A stretch of DNA of 59,214 nucleotides from Sedimentisphaerales bacterium (GTDB lineage Bacteria; Planctomycetota; Phycisphaerae; Sedimentisphaerales; Anaerobacaceae): assembly GCA_049287505.1 (NCBI GenBank), contig JBAQFY010000352.1, positions 1 to 59,214 on the forward strand, read 5' to 3'. Positions 8,761 through 18,929 of this stretch are shown in pieces. The notes under the pieces were generated by a model. That model saw only the letters and a program-made list of their open reading frames with translations. It was not told the origin of the DNA and did not search any database. A program made the translations under genes and the position numbers. How positions within the stretch are numbered: the stretch's first letter is position 1; the number at the start of each line of letters is the position of its first letter.

Positions 8761-11700
8761 TCATCGCGCCTTTGCCAACAAAGGCTTTGCGATAACAGTA
8801 GGGGCCTGTACATCTATCGCCGGACATTCCGCCATGACAGTATAGTTCTTTGTCCCATTAAAGATGCACCCGATAATCGTCTCGAAGCAAGAAGTACATA
8901 TAGTTTGCATGACTATACATTGGGTAAATGAGGGCGGACATTGGGTAGATACGGGCGGACATTGGGTAGATACGGGCGGACATTCGGTCTCTACAGGGGG
9001 ACATTTGGTATCTACTGCTGGGCAGTTGGTCTGAGAGGCCGGACACTGCGTCTTCACAGGCAAGATCGTCTCGACCACACAGAGCGGGCACTTTGTCAAA
9101 GTAGGCGGACACCTCGTCAAAGCAGGCGGACATACGGTCGATACCGCCGGACACTGGGTTTGTACCTGTGGACATTCGGTCAATGTTGCCGGACACTGGG
9201 TTCGTACCTGTTGACATTCGGTCACTGTTGGCGGGCATTTTGTCTCAGCAGGAGGACATTCGGTCGATACCGCCGGACACTGGGTCTTCACAGGAGGACA
9301 CTGGGTTTGCACAGGAGGACACTGGGTTTGCACGACCGGGCAATTTGTTGATGAGATTGGACATACAGTCTTCTCAACAGGGCACTGAGTCTTCACAGGC
9401 GGGCATCGTGTCGATACAGTTGGGCACCTTGTATCTGTCGGCGGACATACGGTCGATGCCGCCGGACACTGAGTTTGCACAGGAGGACACTGGGTTTGCA
9501 CGACCGGGCAGTTTGTTGATGAGATTGGACATACTGTCTTCTCAACAGGGCACTGAGTCTTCATAGGCGGACATTGAGTGTTTACTGCCGTGCATTGAGT
9601 AGGTACAGGGGGACACTTAGATAGTACGGGTGGACACTTTGTCTCAGATATTGGACATTCAGTATCTACCGTGGGACACTGAGTCTTCGTAGGCGGACAT
9701 TGAGTGTTTACTGCCGTGCATTGAGTAGGTACAGGTGGACACTTTGACACCTCAGGGGGACACCTTGTCTGGGCTACAGGACATTTAGTATCTTGTCCCG
9801 GGCACTTTGTATCTGCCGGGGGACATTGGGTATCTACCACCGGGCACTTTGTATCCTGGGGTGGACATCGGGTCGGTACTGCCGGACACTGTGTCATCAT
9901 GGTCAAAGTTATTGGGCACTGGGTCGGTACAAGTGGACATTGTGTTGTTACGGCCGGACACACTGTCTCTACTGCTCGACATTCGGTAACTACCGCCGGG
10001 CACTGGGTCGGTACAGGAGGACACTTTGTAGGCTCTGATGGACATTTAGTATCCACTGCCGGACACTGAGTGCTCACAGGGGGACATTTTGTCTTTTCAA
10101 TATTGCACCTTGTCTCTAAAGGAGGACATTCAGTGTCTATTGCCGGGCACAAAGTCTCCCTGGGGGGACACCTTGTCTCTACCGCTGTGCACTGAGTAGG
10201 CACGGGTGGACACTTTGACAGCGCAGGGGGACACCTTGTCTCTAAAGGAGGACATTCGGTCTCCACTGGTGGGCACTTAGTATTAACGGGGGGACACTGG
10301 GTTTCTATGGCCGGACATTGCGTTTTCACGCCCTGACACATTGTAGGTACCAGTGAGCATTCAGTCTCTTTGGGAGGACAACTGGTCAAAAGAGGTGGAC
10401 ACTCAGTATCTACTGCCGGACACCGGGTCTGTACCGGGGGACATTTGGTTTGCTCTGCCGGACACTTTGTCGGCACAGGTGGACACTGTGTTTCAACAGC
10501 CGGGCACTGAGTTTGAGCTACCGGACAGGTGGTGTTGACCGGAGGGCACATTGTTACGGCGACACACTGGGTCTGTACGGCCGGACAGTGCGTTGCAACG
10601 ACCGGACATTGAGTGTTAGCCGGAGGACACTGGGTTGCAACAGCCGGGCACTGAGTTTGAGCTACCGGACACGTAGTGTTAACCGGAGGACACATTGTTA
10701 TGGCGACACACTGGGTTTGTACGGCCGGACACTGCGTTGCCACGACCGGACATTGAGTGTTAGCCGGAGGACACTGGGTTGCCACGGCCGGACATTGCGT
10801 TTGCACAACTGGACACTGGGTTGCTACGGTCGGACATTGCGTTGCAACGACCGGACACTGGGTAGCGCTACCCGGTCTGGAAGTGGCTTGTGGGATACTC
10901 TCGACGAATACTTCGTGGTCCTCGACCTCGCCATCGGGGGCTGGACCTTCTGGGCCTAAGCCGCCCTGTTTGCTGATTCGGAAACGGGCGAAGGTCCGTC
11001 CAACCATGGTACTATCGGGCACAAAAACCGGTATGGTGTATATACCAGCAGGTAAGAAACCGTCATATATCTTTTCAGAGGGCTGCCAGGTCATATCACT
11101 GTTAAAATCAATCCACGCCTGGACGACGCCACCACCTCCGCTAACCTCAAGTGTTAAGTTCACCGGCTGGCCCGGAATCAGCATTGGTATAGAAACCCCG
11201 TTTTCATCATCTTTGACGGCATTGTCATCACCGAGGGCATCCGGGTCCGGCTGGCCGTCCAGCTCACTTTCAGGCCGGTCGTTCTTGTCACCGAGCCAAG
11301 GACCGGCAATCACGTGATTGGCGCCGTTGGTAACGGCGAGCGTGGGGTAACCCGCTGCGACCACTCCCTCAGGTGCATCACCCCAGTCGTATTCGATTTC
11401 TCCCGGTTCTGTTTTTGGATAAATGAGGTAGTCCTCCGTCTCTCCATACAGGTATCCATCAGCCGGCCCGGAACCACCGCTCACTGCCGCGCCCACAACA
11501 GTTTCCCACGGCTGCAGTGATATTGTGATTCGCATCCACATCGGGTCCAGCTCTGCATCCGTCTGTGGATGCCAGCACATGAACTTAGGTGTGGTCAATA
11601 CGACTGAGCCGGCGAAGTTATTGGTAATACTCGCGTTTTGAACCGCCCATTCCGGCACGTTAACGCCATCAGGACATACCATAGTATCGTCCCAGTCGCC

Positions 11701-13413
11701 ATCACGATTCCAGTCAAACCAAACATTTAAATAAGCCGGATTGTCAAAGAGGGGATTGACGAAAGTTACCATGAAATCGAACGAAACTTCCTGGCAAGGG
11801 GGTAAAATCAACGATAGCTGGACACCATCGTCTCCTCCGTCCAAGTCAGATAAATCATCAAGAGGCACAAGATTATTCTTGATATCCTCGTCATACCCAA
11901 TATCCGCCTCACTTTCGTTTGTGACAATCTCGCCCAGATAAATAAAGGCGTCAGGCTGCCAATGAATTGGGCCGTATGGAGGAGAACCTGTCTGGTAAAC
12001 GGTTGGGTAGTTCGCCACAACCCCACTCGGATATGCGAGCATCGATGCCCCGGGGAAGCTATTAGAGCTGTCCGGTGCGTCGCCGAGGTCGTGTTTCCCC
12101 TGGCCTTCTTCGCCACCTGTAATTACAAATGCGAGATCGAGTGATTCACCCTTGTACTGGTGCTCTTTAGGATAGGTCAACGGAAACGAAAGGGGATTTC
12201 CAGGAAGGAAAAAGACGGCATCGTCATTCCACCGAAGTTTACGGGTAGTTGTTTTCCAGCCAAATTTATAGTTTTCATTGGCGCGCGGGAGCTCCTTAAC
12301 ACCGAGCCAATAGATAGTCCCTTCCTCTTGAACGAAGGGGTCTTCTTTGATGCAGAAGTTATACTGGTAGGCTTGTGTGTGATTGTCCTGTAAGTAGAGC
12401 TCTTTGGCCGGGTCGTACCAACTCTCCAAGCTATCATTAAGCTTGCGAACTGAATACTCGCCAGGTTTTAAGGTTCGACTCCAGAGCAGCTCACCCGGCA
12501 TGCTCCAGCCGCCCTCTATTGCCGGGATGTCCGAATAAATGCTGATTTCAAATGTCAAGCCGTCCGGTCCATCTGAGGGCAATACATCGTCCCGGAATGA
12601 GGCCCAGATGTGGATATCATTGATGGGCCCCGTAGCCGTGCACTTGAAATCATCCGCCAGATTGAGCAAGGAGATATCTAAATCCATTCCCGTAGAGCCG
12701 AGGTCAGGCAACTGGGGCCAGTGCATCTTGTACGCCTCGCCCGGATTCCAATCGCAATCGTTCTCGCATTCGATTTCTAACGTCATTTTGCCCAGGAAGT
12801 AGCCGGCTGGTCTGCCGTTAGCATCTATGATTGGAGTCTGGTCGTGGTTCTCGTAGCTATCGCATGGTGCCGGTGGCTTTTGTGTAATCACGCCGATGAG
12901 CCGCTTCGGCTCAGCCGCAAAGAAAGATTGTCCGAGGTCGGGCAGCTCAATGCGGAAGAACACGTCGAAGAAGCTGTCAGCCATGCCGGTTGGTGTGAAT
13001 GGCGGTATGTCCAGCACGCCCGGCGTGTTGTTAACCTGCTCCCTGATCTGGCCCAGTGAGGGTATGATGGAGTGGACGTGCAAGCGCACCTCACCCAACG
13101 ACGGATTCGTCCCCACCAGGTCCATTTCGACTATCTCCGTCCTGACTTCCTCCAGCCCGTCGTTGTCATCATCATCTGCGTCGCCCTCGTCTGGGCCCTC
13201 AAAATAGACGTGCTGTTTAATTGGACCGCTCAACTGCACTAACGCCACGTCGCCGGACGGGGTTAATAGCTCAATCTGGACCGATGGAGCAAAAATGTCA
13301 ACTTCCAATGCGGACTTATCCTGTGCACTTGCAAAGTGTCCTCCACCAAAGGCTACGATAAATGCCGTGGAGAGTAGTATGAGAAGTGTCGAATGCGGTT
13401 TAAACTTTTTCAT
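8761..13413 (-). CDS. giant secreted protein: N-terminal signal peptide, GEVED-type / GDAP...YPT modules, C-terminal ~93-unit C-P-x-x-x-T-x heptad array
   Basis: I place the start at ATG 13413 (MKKFKPHSTLLILLSTAFIVAFGGGHFASAQ) because GGAGGA lies 7 nt upstream. The ORF-track start at 13449 has no RBS. Motifs: YLYGETEDYLIYP, DGEVEDHEVFV, two DxGDAPD...YPT segments, then the heptads. Confidence 0.85.
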   Translation of the reverse strand: MKKFKPHSTLLILLSTAFIVAFGGGHFASAQDKSALEVDIFAPSVQIELLTPSGDVALVQLSGPIKQHVYFEGPDEGDADDDDNDGLEEVRTEIVEMDLVGTNPSLGEVRLHVHSIIPSLGQIREQVNNTPGVLDIPPFTPTGMADSFFDVFFRIELPDLGQSFFAAEPKRLIGVITQKPPAPCDSYENHDQTPIIDANGRPAGYFLGKMTLEIECENDCDWNPGEAYKMHWPQLPDLGSTGMDLDISLLNLADDFKCTATGPINDIHIWASFRDDVLPSDGPDGLTFEISIYSDIPAIEGGWSMPGELLWSRTLKPGEYSVRKLNDSLESWYDPAKELYLQDNHTQAYQYNFCIKEDPFVQEEGTIYWLGVKELPRANENYKFGWKTTTRKLRWNDDAVFFLPGNPLSFPLTYPKEHQYKGESLDLAFVITGGEEGQGKHDLGDAPDSSNSFPGASMLAYPSGVVANYPTVYQTGSPPYGPIHWQPDAFIYLGEIVTNESEADIGYDEDIKNNLVPLDDLSDLDGGDDGVQLSLILPPCQEVSFDFMVTFVNPLFDNPAYLNVWFDWNRDGDWDDTMVCPDGVNVPEWAVQNASITNNFAGSVVLTTPKFMCWHPQTDAELDPMWMRITISLQPWETVVGAAVSGGSGPADGYLYGETEDYLIYPKTEPGEIEYDWGDAPEGVVAAGYPTLAVTNGANHVIAGPWLGDKNDRPESELDGQPDPDALGDDNAVKDDENGVSIPMLIPGQPVNLTLEVSGGGGVVQAWIDFNSDMTWQPSEKIYDGFLPAGIYTIPVFVPDSTMVGRTFARFRISKQGGLGPEGPAPDGEVEDHEVFVESIPQATSRPGSATQCPVVATQCPTVATQCPVVQTQCPAVATQCPPANTQCPVVATQCPAVQTQCVAITMCPPVNTTCPVAQTQCPAVATQCPPANTQCPVVATHCPAVQTQCVAVTMCPPVNTTCPVAQTQCPAVETQCPPVPTKCPAEQTKCPPVQTRCPAVDTECPPLLTSCPPKETECSLVPTMCQGVKTQCPAIETQCPPVNTKCPPVETECPPLETRCPPALSKCPPVPTQCTAVETRCPPRETLCPAIDTECPPLETRCNIEKTKCPPVSTQCPAVDTKCPSEPTKCPPVPTQCPAVVTECRAVETVCPAVTTQCPLVPTQCPITLTMMTQCPAVPTRCPPQDTKCPVVDTQCPPADTKCPGQDTKCPVAQTRCPPEVSKCPPVPTQCTAVNTQCPPTKTQCPTVDTECPISETKCPPVLSKCPPVPTQCTAVNTQCPPMKTQCPVEKTVCPISSTNCPVVQTQCPPVQTQCPAASTVCPPTDTRCPTVSTRCPPVKTQCPVEKTVCPISSTNCPVVQTQCPPVQTQCPPVKTQCPAVSTECPPAETKCPPTVTECQQVRTQCPATLTECPQVQTQCPAVSTVCPPALTRCPPTLTKCPLCVVETILPVKTQCPASQTNCPAVDTKCPPVETECPPVSTQCPPVSTQCPPSFTQCIVMQTICTSCFETIIGCIFNGTKNYTVMAECPAIDVQAPTVIAKPLLAKAR
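8899..10857 (-). repeat. 21-bp-period coding tandem repeat (heptad CPxxxTx, ~93 units)
   Basis: I split the translated sequence by hand at each Cys, giving 93 Cys-initiated units. All but five are exactly 7 residues, and the consensus is C-P-[PAV]-V-x-T-[QKE]. Plus-strand shadow ORFs show the same period (GRYGRTLGRYGRTFG). Confidence 0.95.
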
Positions 13414-13848
13414 GAGTGTGTCCTCCTTAAAAATATACACAAACCCCAACGAAAAGCTGAGGTCTGCCTACCAACAACCACAGGAATTCCTCCTCAGTTG
13501 CCACACCGAGTTTCAGTTCCAATAATATATAACATCTATCAAGAAAAAACAAGAATTTTTATAAATTTTTTCAAAGCTTTTTTAGCAGGATTAGTTACAA
13601 AGATATGGATTTAACGTCTCCTTATCAATATTTTGACACATCTACACTATCTTCCCGGTTTGAAAATCAGGCTTTTCAGGGATTTTTAGCATAACGCGGC
13701 TCCTGGAGGTGCTTTCACGGGTGATAAACAACTGATACATTCAAGGAATTTTCAGAACAAAGCCTGTGACACAGCAACTTCTGCTATCTGAAATATCACG
13801 TATTTTGCAGGCCTTACGAGGTGAATTGATAGGCGAGATTCAATATGA

Positions 13849-15654
13849 TTACTGTAAAGATTGGCTTTTCTGAAGCAGACCGCCCTTGACTGAATCGACC
13901 GTAACATTAAATTTGCCTTTTCCCTTGATGATAAACTGTACACGCTCTGCGCTCATACCGTCGATAGTGCTCAGCTCCACTCGTTCGGGACGACGTTTGA
14001 CGGCCTGGACGCGCTTGAAGTATTGGTCCGTAACCTGCCCGCCCGAGAGGGCACGAATGTCATCGCCCTGAATAGAGACAATATCCGGCGAACTGATATG
14101 ATGAGCCACATCCTGAGCCGTTCTGGTGGGAATCAGACGCTGGTTCTCGATGGTTACCCAAATCTTAAATAAGTTTTCGGCAAGCTTCTCAACATTGACC
14201 TCGCTGATTTTGAGCAGCGGCATCATATCGGTATGAAAGAGCGTAAAAGCCATATTTCGGTGAAGCTCCTCTTCGAGCAAAAACGAAGGCGGCAGACGGC
14301 CCCACTCTTTTTTCTCTCCTCCAATTTCAATTTTGCCATAGGTCGGGTGCTCATATTCCTGCCAGGGGACAACGCCTTCGCCCATAAGCACATATTCGAT
14401 AAATTCGGCTTCCTGCTCATCCGAAGGCGAATCCGGGGTTTTGTACAGGTTTTTGGATGTCCACAACTCATTTGTAAAGGAAAGAATGCCGCGGCCTCCA
14501 TAAAGCCAATCAAGCTCGCTTCCCCAGGTTGTATAGAGGTCCTTCCATATAATCATCGAGCGGTAAAAGGGGATTATTTTTTCTCCCCGCTCGGCGATAA
14601 GTCCCAGCACTCTATCGTCCTGGCTTTTCATTTCACCGCCTTCGCGGCCCGGAGTTCGCAGAATCATACCACCGGAGTTGTGATACGACTGGGCCGCTGC
14701 GATATTGGGATGGGCCAGAACGAACTCGGACACCGCACGGGTCTCCGGCTGCGAGAAGGGATAATCTTTGGCCCCGTATTGAATATAATTCGGCTGCCAA
14801 TCGTAAGCCCAGTTACGATTCATGTCGTAACCGCCGCGGGAGTCTTCATTGATTTGGCCATCGCCATCATTGTCGATTCCTTCCCAGCCAAGCAAGGTAT
14901 ATTCTCCGGGTTCGTCCGGTTTAGCTCTGACCATTAAGTATTCGGGATAATCGGGATGCAGCTTGTACCGTCCGTGGGGGTCTTTTTTGCGCATCATTGT
15001 GATAAAGCCATCTCCGTTGAGGTCATCGCAATCGTCTTCATCGGCGAGGCCATCTCTATCATTGTCTGTTGGCTCAAGGCCCGACCTTGCGAAACCGCCT
15101 CTATGAAGCCAGGAATCGCGACCATCGGGATTGATGCTCGGCAATAGATAGAAAACCCTGTCATCGAGCAATGCCGTTACTTTTTCAAGCTTTCCATACT
15201 GGTGGCAAAGATACCAGGCCGTATAGGCTACTGTTTCGCCGGCCTGGACCTCGTTGCCGTGAATGTTACCGTCAATATACATTCCCGGCTTGCGGTCGGG
15301 GTCGCCGACGTTAAGTGCCGTAACTTCCAGGCACCAAATATCCCGGCCTTCGGATGATTTTCCGATAGAATAGAGCCGGGTCAGCTCGGGGAAGGCTTTG
15401 TGAATTCGGGCGAGGATTGCCCCCAGCCCGGTATGGTCGTAAAACCGGTTCCATTCCACCCGGACTTTGCGTTCCGCCGAGATGCCTAGTGCGGGAAACG
15501 AATGCTTGGCCGGATTTGCAGCCTTCGGTTTGCGAACACGAACCTGAGCGAGGCCTGTTTCAGCAAGTATTAGGACAAGAAATGAAGAAAGCAAAACAGC
15601 AATTTGCATTTTAAATTTTATTTTCTTCTTCATAAGAAAGACCTTTGATATCAT
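13849..15654 (-). CDS. M14-family zinc carboxypeptidase, secreted
   Basis: Signal peptide, then YIDGNIHGNEVQAGE (HxxE zinc motif) and a third ligand in SYHNSGG. Contains an acidic Ca-binding-like insert, DNDRDGLADEDDCDDLNGDGF. The start could instead be the internal ATG at 15633. Confidence 0.8.
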   Translation of the reverse strand: MISKVFLMKKKIKFKMQIAVLLSSFLVLILAETGLAQVRVRKPKAANPAKHSFPALGISAERKVRVEWNRFYDHTGLGAILARIHKAFPELTRLYSIGKSSEGRDIWCLEVTALNVGDPDRKPGMYIDGNIHGNEVQAGETVAYTAWYLCHQYGKLEKVTALLDDRVFYLLPSINPDGRDSWLHRGGFARSGLEPTDNDRDGLADEDDCDDLNGDGFITMMRKKDPHGRYKLHPDYPEYLMVRAKPDEPGEYTLLGWEGIDNDGDGQINEDSRGGYDMNRNWAYDWQPNYIQYGAKDYPFSQPETRAVSEFVLAHPNIAAAQSYHNSGGMILRTPGREGGEMKSQDDRVLGLIAERGEKIIPFYRSMIIWKDLYTTWGSELDWLYGGRGILSFTNELWTSKNLYKTPDSPSDEQEAEFIEYVLMGEGVVPWQEYEHPTYGKIEIGGEKKEWGRLPPSFLLEEELHRNMAFTLFHTDMMPLLKISEVNVEKLAENLFKIWVTIENQRLIPTRTAQDVAHHISSPDIVSIQGDDIRALSGGQVTDQYFKRVQAVKRRPERVELSTIDGMSAERVQFIIKGKGKFNVTVDSVKGGLLQKSQSLQ

Positions 15655-15674
15655 AAAATACTTTATCTACTAAT

Positions 15675-17507
15675 TCATTCAGCGTTTATCAGCTCGATGG
15701 TACCGTTTACCTGCCCGGCTAAAATCGAGATGACTTTGAAATCAATCTTCTTGCGGTCGGAAGCCCGGATTATATACCGCACCTCGTCCATCCCGCCGCT
15801 TCCCTTTAACACCGGCAGATTAGTAATTCTGGTGCCGGAAAGGAAAAATTCGTCGTCCAGCTCTATTATTAAACGCGTCGGATAAACCTCTTGTGTTGTC
15901 TGGCCATGTGCGAGTGAGGTGGGCAGGAAGCCGGTGTTTTCCACCTGAATCTTGACCTCAAATACAGATTGGCCCAGATGGCGGCTCTCGACCTTTCTGA
16001 TACCGATGAGCGGAAGCCTTTGCGCTACTTTTATCAGGAAATCAGTATGTTTGGAAGCAATTTGTTCAATCATCTGGGCCGGAGGGTTAGTCAGGGCGAA
16101 AGAAGAATATCCGCCGACCTCGACACGTTGATTCGGAAAATCAGGATGCTCGATTGCCTGCCATTCAACGAATGCCTGCGGCGCATGTTCATCAAACCAT
16201 TTTAGCTCCTTCCGCTCTTTTTCATTGCGTTTGTCTTCGTCATCCTTCGGTTTCTTATCTTTTTTCTCATCTTCAAGCTCGGGTTCCGGGCTTGTTTCTT
16301 TTTCCTGCTCAGCCTGTTCATTTTCAGAGGCGTCTTCAGCCTCTTCGACACCTTCTTTTGTCTTTTCTTTCTTTTTTTCGTCGGCTTTTGCAAGCTCGAC
16401 AGCGAGCGCTACAGACCAGGGTTTAGCCGCAAGCGACAGGCGGCCACGGTGGAAATACATCCAGTCGCTAAAGGTGCCGGGACACGAAGTATCTTCAAGC
16501 TCTTTGCTTAATCCAAGCGATTTCCGATAGAGCTCGCCCATCGCTTTATAGTAGCCCAAGTCATCCTCATCAATCGCAGTCATTGGCTTTCGGCGAGGGG
16601 GTTGTGGTGCGCCTTTTGGGTTTTTTAGGAGATTGTCAGCAGCGCCGTAGGTCAGAATAATACCGATATTTGGGTGGTCGATTATAAAATCCGCAAGAGC
16701 CCGCGTTTCGGCCTCGCTTACTTGATGTACGCCGGCGTCTGGAGCAAAGAAATCGAAATTGTACGGGAAGTTGCGGTTAAAGTTAATGCCGCCGAGGCCA
16801 TCTTCGTTCCATAACTTGTCGTGGTCGTTATCGATTCCCTCCGTGAGGTAACGCCAGACACCAACTTCGCTTTTGAGAGGGTCGGCCTTGATAAGAAGCC
16901 GGTCGTCCGCAGGGTCGAGGATATATTCGCCTTCAGGGTCCTCGATACGCATCCAGGAGATTAGTCCGTCGCCGTTAAGGTCTTCAGGATTATCTTCATC
17001 TATCAGTCCATCATGGTCGTCATCGACCGGTTTGTCGCTGCGGCTCGTTTCAAATTTCGGCTCGTTAAAGAAATGCTCTGAGGCATCCGGGTTGAGCCGC
17101 GGGAGGACATAAACCGTTGTTGTCTGAAGAAGTTTGGTAATTTCTGCATCGGTTTCGTATTGCTCAATTAAATGCTTTATCCAGGAGACAGCTATGGATG
17201 AACCTATTAGGTCATTACCTTCAATACCTGCTACAACCAATATGGCCGGGCGGGTTTTGCGGTCCTGCTCAGGACCCTTGCCCACTTCAACGAGCCAGAC
17301 CTTGCGTTTGCCTATTGAGCGGGCAATGCCGTCAGCTCGCACAAGGTTGGGGTTCTGTTCGGCAAGAGAGGCCAGAAGTTTGGCAAGGGATTTATTGTTG
17401 TGATACTCTGTAGCAGGGGCAACTGTAACGGGCATTGTGAACAGGCTTACGAGTGCTAATAAAAACACAAATGGCTTAACTCCAAATCGGAAAAAGTACA
17501 GGGACAT
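15675..17507 (-). CDS. M14-like paralogue lacking zinc ligands (probable pseudo-peptidase) with a K/E/D-rich insert
   Basis: Collinear with the neighbouring M14 gene, sharing DDDHDGLIDEDNPEDLNGDGL and the HPNI block. However, IHGNE is replaced by IEGND and SYHNSGG by LTYGAAD. An ~80-aa insert reads KADEKKKEKTKEGVEEAEDASENEQAEQEKE...DDEDKRNEKERKE. Confidence 0.7.
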   Translation of the reverse strand: MSLYFFRFGVKPFVFLLALVSLFTMPVTVAPATEYHNNKSLAKLLASLAEQNPNLVRADGIARSIGKRKVWLVEVGKGPEQDRKTRPAILVVAGIEGNDLIGSSIAVSWIKHLIEQYETDAEITKLLQTTTVYVLPRLNPDASEHFFNEPKFETSRSDKPVDDDHDGLIDEDNPEDLNGDGLISWMRIEDPEGEYILDPADDRLLIKADPLKSEVGVWRYLTEGIDNDHDKLWNEDGLGGINFNRNFPYNFDFFAPDAGVHQVSEAETRALADFIIDHPNIGIILTYGAADNLLKNPKGAPQPPRRKPMTAIDEDDLGYYKAMGELYRKSLGLSKELEDTSCPGTFSDWMYFHRGRLSLAAKPWSVALAVELAKADEKKKEKTKEGVEEAEDASENEQAEQEKETSPEPELEDEKKDKKPKDDEDKRNEKERKELKWFDEHAPQAFVEWQAIEHPDFPNQRVEVGGYSSFALTNPPAQMIEQIASKHTDFLIKVAQRLPLIGIRKVESRHLGQSVFEVKIQVENTGFLPTSLAHGQTTQEVYPTRLIIELDDEFFLSGTRITNLPVLKGSGGMDEVRYIIRASDRKKIDFKVISILAGQVNGTIELINAE

Positions 17508-17563
17508 CCCATCATCTCCTAAAGAATTTTATTTGACATCTGCATATTAACAGATTTGTCTTC

Positions 17564-18742
17564 TTATTGCAAGAATTTATCCGTGGAATTGGTCTTGAGC
17601 AGGTTACGAAGGTAAACGTGCTCATCTCCGTTCCAGGGCTTGGAGCAGATGTCGATGTCGCCATCGCCATCGATATCGGCCGCTTTGGCTTCGTGGCAGC
17701 GTTTGCCGGTGAGGATTTCGTGCTGGGCCCAACTGTCGCCCCTGCCATCCTTATTTTCCCAGATAAACCATTTATGCGGGGGAGTATCCGTTAAGGGCCC
17801 GCCGCCGGAGAAGACGTCGAGGTCGCCGTCGTTATCGAAATCCGCCACAGCGAGCGAATGGTAGTCCTGGCCGGCCTTTTCCGCAATTATGTGCCGGTTC
17901 CATATTCGTCCTTTGCCATCGATGTTTTCATGCCAGGCCACGCGTCCGCTCACACAATCCCCTTCGGCCTGAACAATGTCATTGTCACCATCTTTGTCGA
18001 GGTCGGTTATCCATGATTTTGTCATCAGGGGGAATCTGGCATCAGGCTGACCAAAATCGATGTTCTTATGCTCGGTCCATTTTATTCCTTTTCCATCGGC
18101 GTTTTCGTACCAGATGTTCGTGCGAACAACGTCGTTGTCGCCGTCTCCATCGATGTCGGCGACTCCCGCCGGGTCGATTGCACCGTGGACGGCCTGGCCG
18201 ATTTTGTGCTCTTTCCATTTTTGGGTTGGGTCGGCGGGAATTTTATACCAGTAGAGCGCACTTCTATCGCTCATCGCGACCACATCGAGCCTGCCGTCTC
18301 CATCAATGTCGGCGGCCACGTTGTCGTGGCAGTTATTTGTAATTCCGTTGGGATATTTTATAAATTCCTCTTCACGCGGTTTGCCGGTATTGCGATACCA
18401 GGCCTGGCCGGAGACCTGGTCCACCCATCCATCGCCGTCTATATCAAAGGCAGTGCCGCCGACATCGGTCGGGGCCTTTTGGCCGAGCGTATGTTGGCCC
18501 CAGTTATCCGGGGCCTTGTATTCGAACCACCATATTGTTCCGCCGTTGCAGCCGGTAATCCAGTCCAGGTCTCCATCTTTGTCCACGTCCACCAGGGATG
18601 TCTGGCCCATTCTGTTGCCGATTTTGGCGATTTTGTGATACTCAAATTTTGGAAAATCCGCAACCACTGACGAACAAAACAGGCTAACCTCTACGAGAAC
18701 AATAGATAAACGCCGAACGTCCGTATAGTGATAAGAAAGCAT
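17564..18742 (-). CDS. FG-GAP/VCBS repeat beta-propeller protein
   Basis: Seven evenly spaced Ca-binding loops: DVDKDGDLD, DIDGDGWVD, DIDGDGRLD, DIDGDGDND, DLDKDGDND, DFDNDGDLD, DIDGDGDID. Confidence 0.85.
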   Translation of the reverse strand: MLSYHYTDVRRLSIVLVEVSLFCSSVVADFPKFEYHKIAKIGNRMGQTSLVDVDKDGDLDWITGCNGGTIWWFEYKAPDNWGQHTLGQKAPTDVGGTAFDIDGDGWVDQVSGQAWYRNTGKPREEEFIKYPNGITNNCHDNVAADIDGDGRLDVVAMSDRSALYWYKIPADPTQKWKEHKIGQAVHGAIDPAGVADIDGDGDNDVVRTNIWYENADGKGIKWTEHKNIDFGQPDARFPLMTKSWITDLDKDGDNDIVQAEGDCVSGRVAWHENIDGKGRIWNRHIIAEKAGQDYHSLAVADFDNDGDLDVFSGGGPLTDTPPHKWFIWENKDGRGDSWAQHEILTGKRCHEAKAADIDGDGDIDICSKPWNGDEHVYLRNLLKTNSTDKFLQ

Positions 18743-18929
18743 AACAAATTCCTTTTTATTAAAGTGTATAGGGCACTAAAAAATGAATTTCTTCACCCTA
18801 TTATGGCTGATTTTGGCGAAAATTGAAATAAAATCCGGTCGAACAGTATTTTTTGAAAAAATAAAGATTATCGTTTTTTCCGAAGCGAACTTTTGTAAGC
18901 AGGGTTCGTATAAAAAAATACAAAGCCAC

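Noticed and set aside
8941-10959. Regular 21-bp repeats and a stack of plus-strand ORFs with GRT/LGR-rich periodic products. I briefly considered a CRISPR-like or non-coding tandem array.
   Set aside because: There are no unique spacers, and the period is exactly 21 bp. The minus strand carries one uninterrupted 1550-codon frame with a signal peptide and RBS. The plus-strand ORFs are antisense shadows of the heptad-coding gene.
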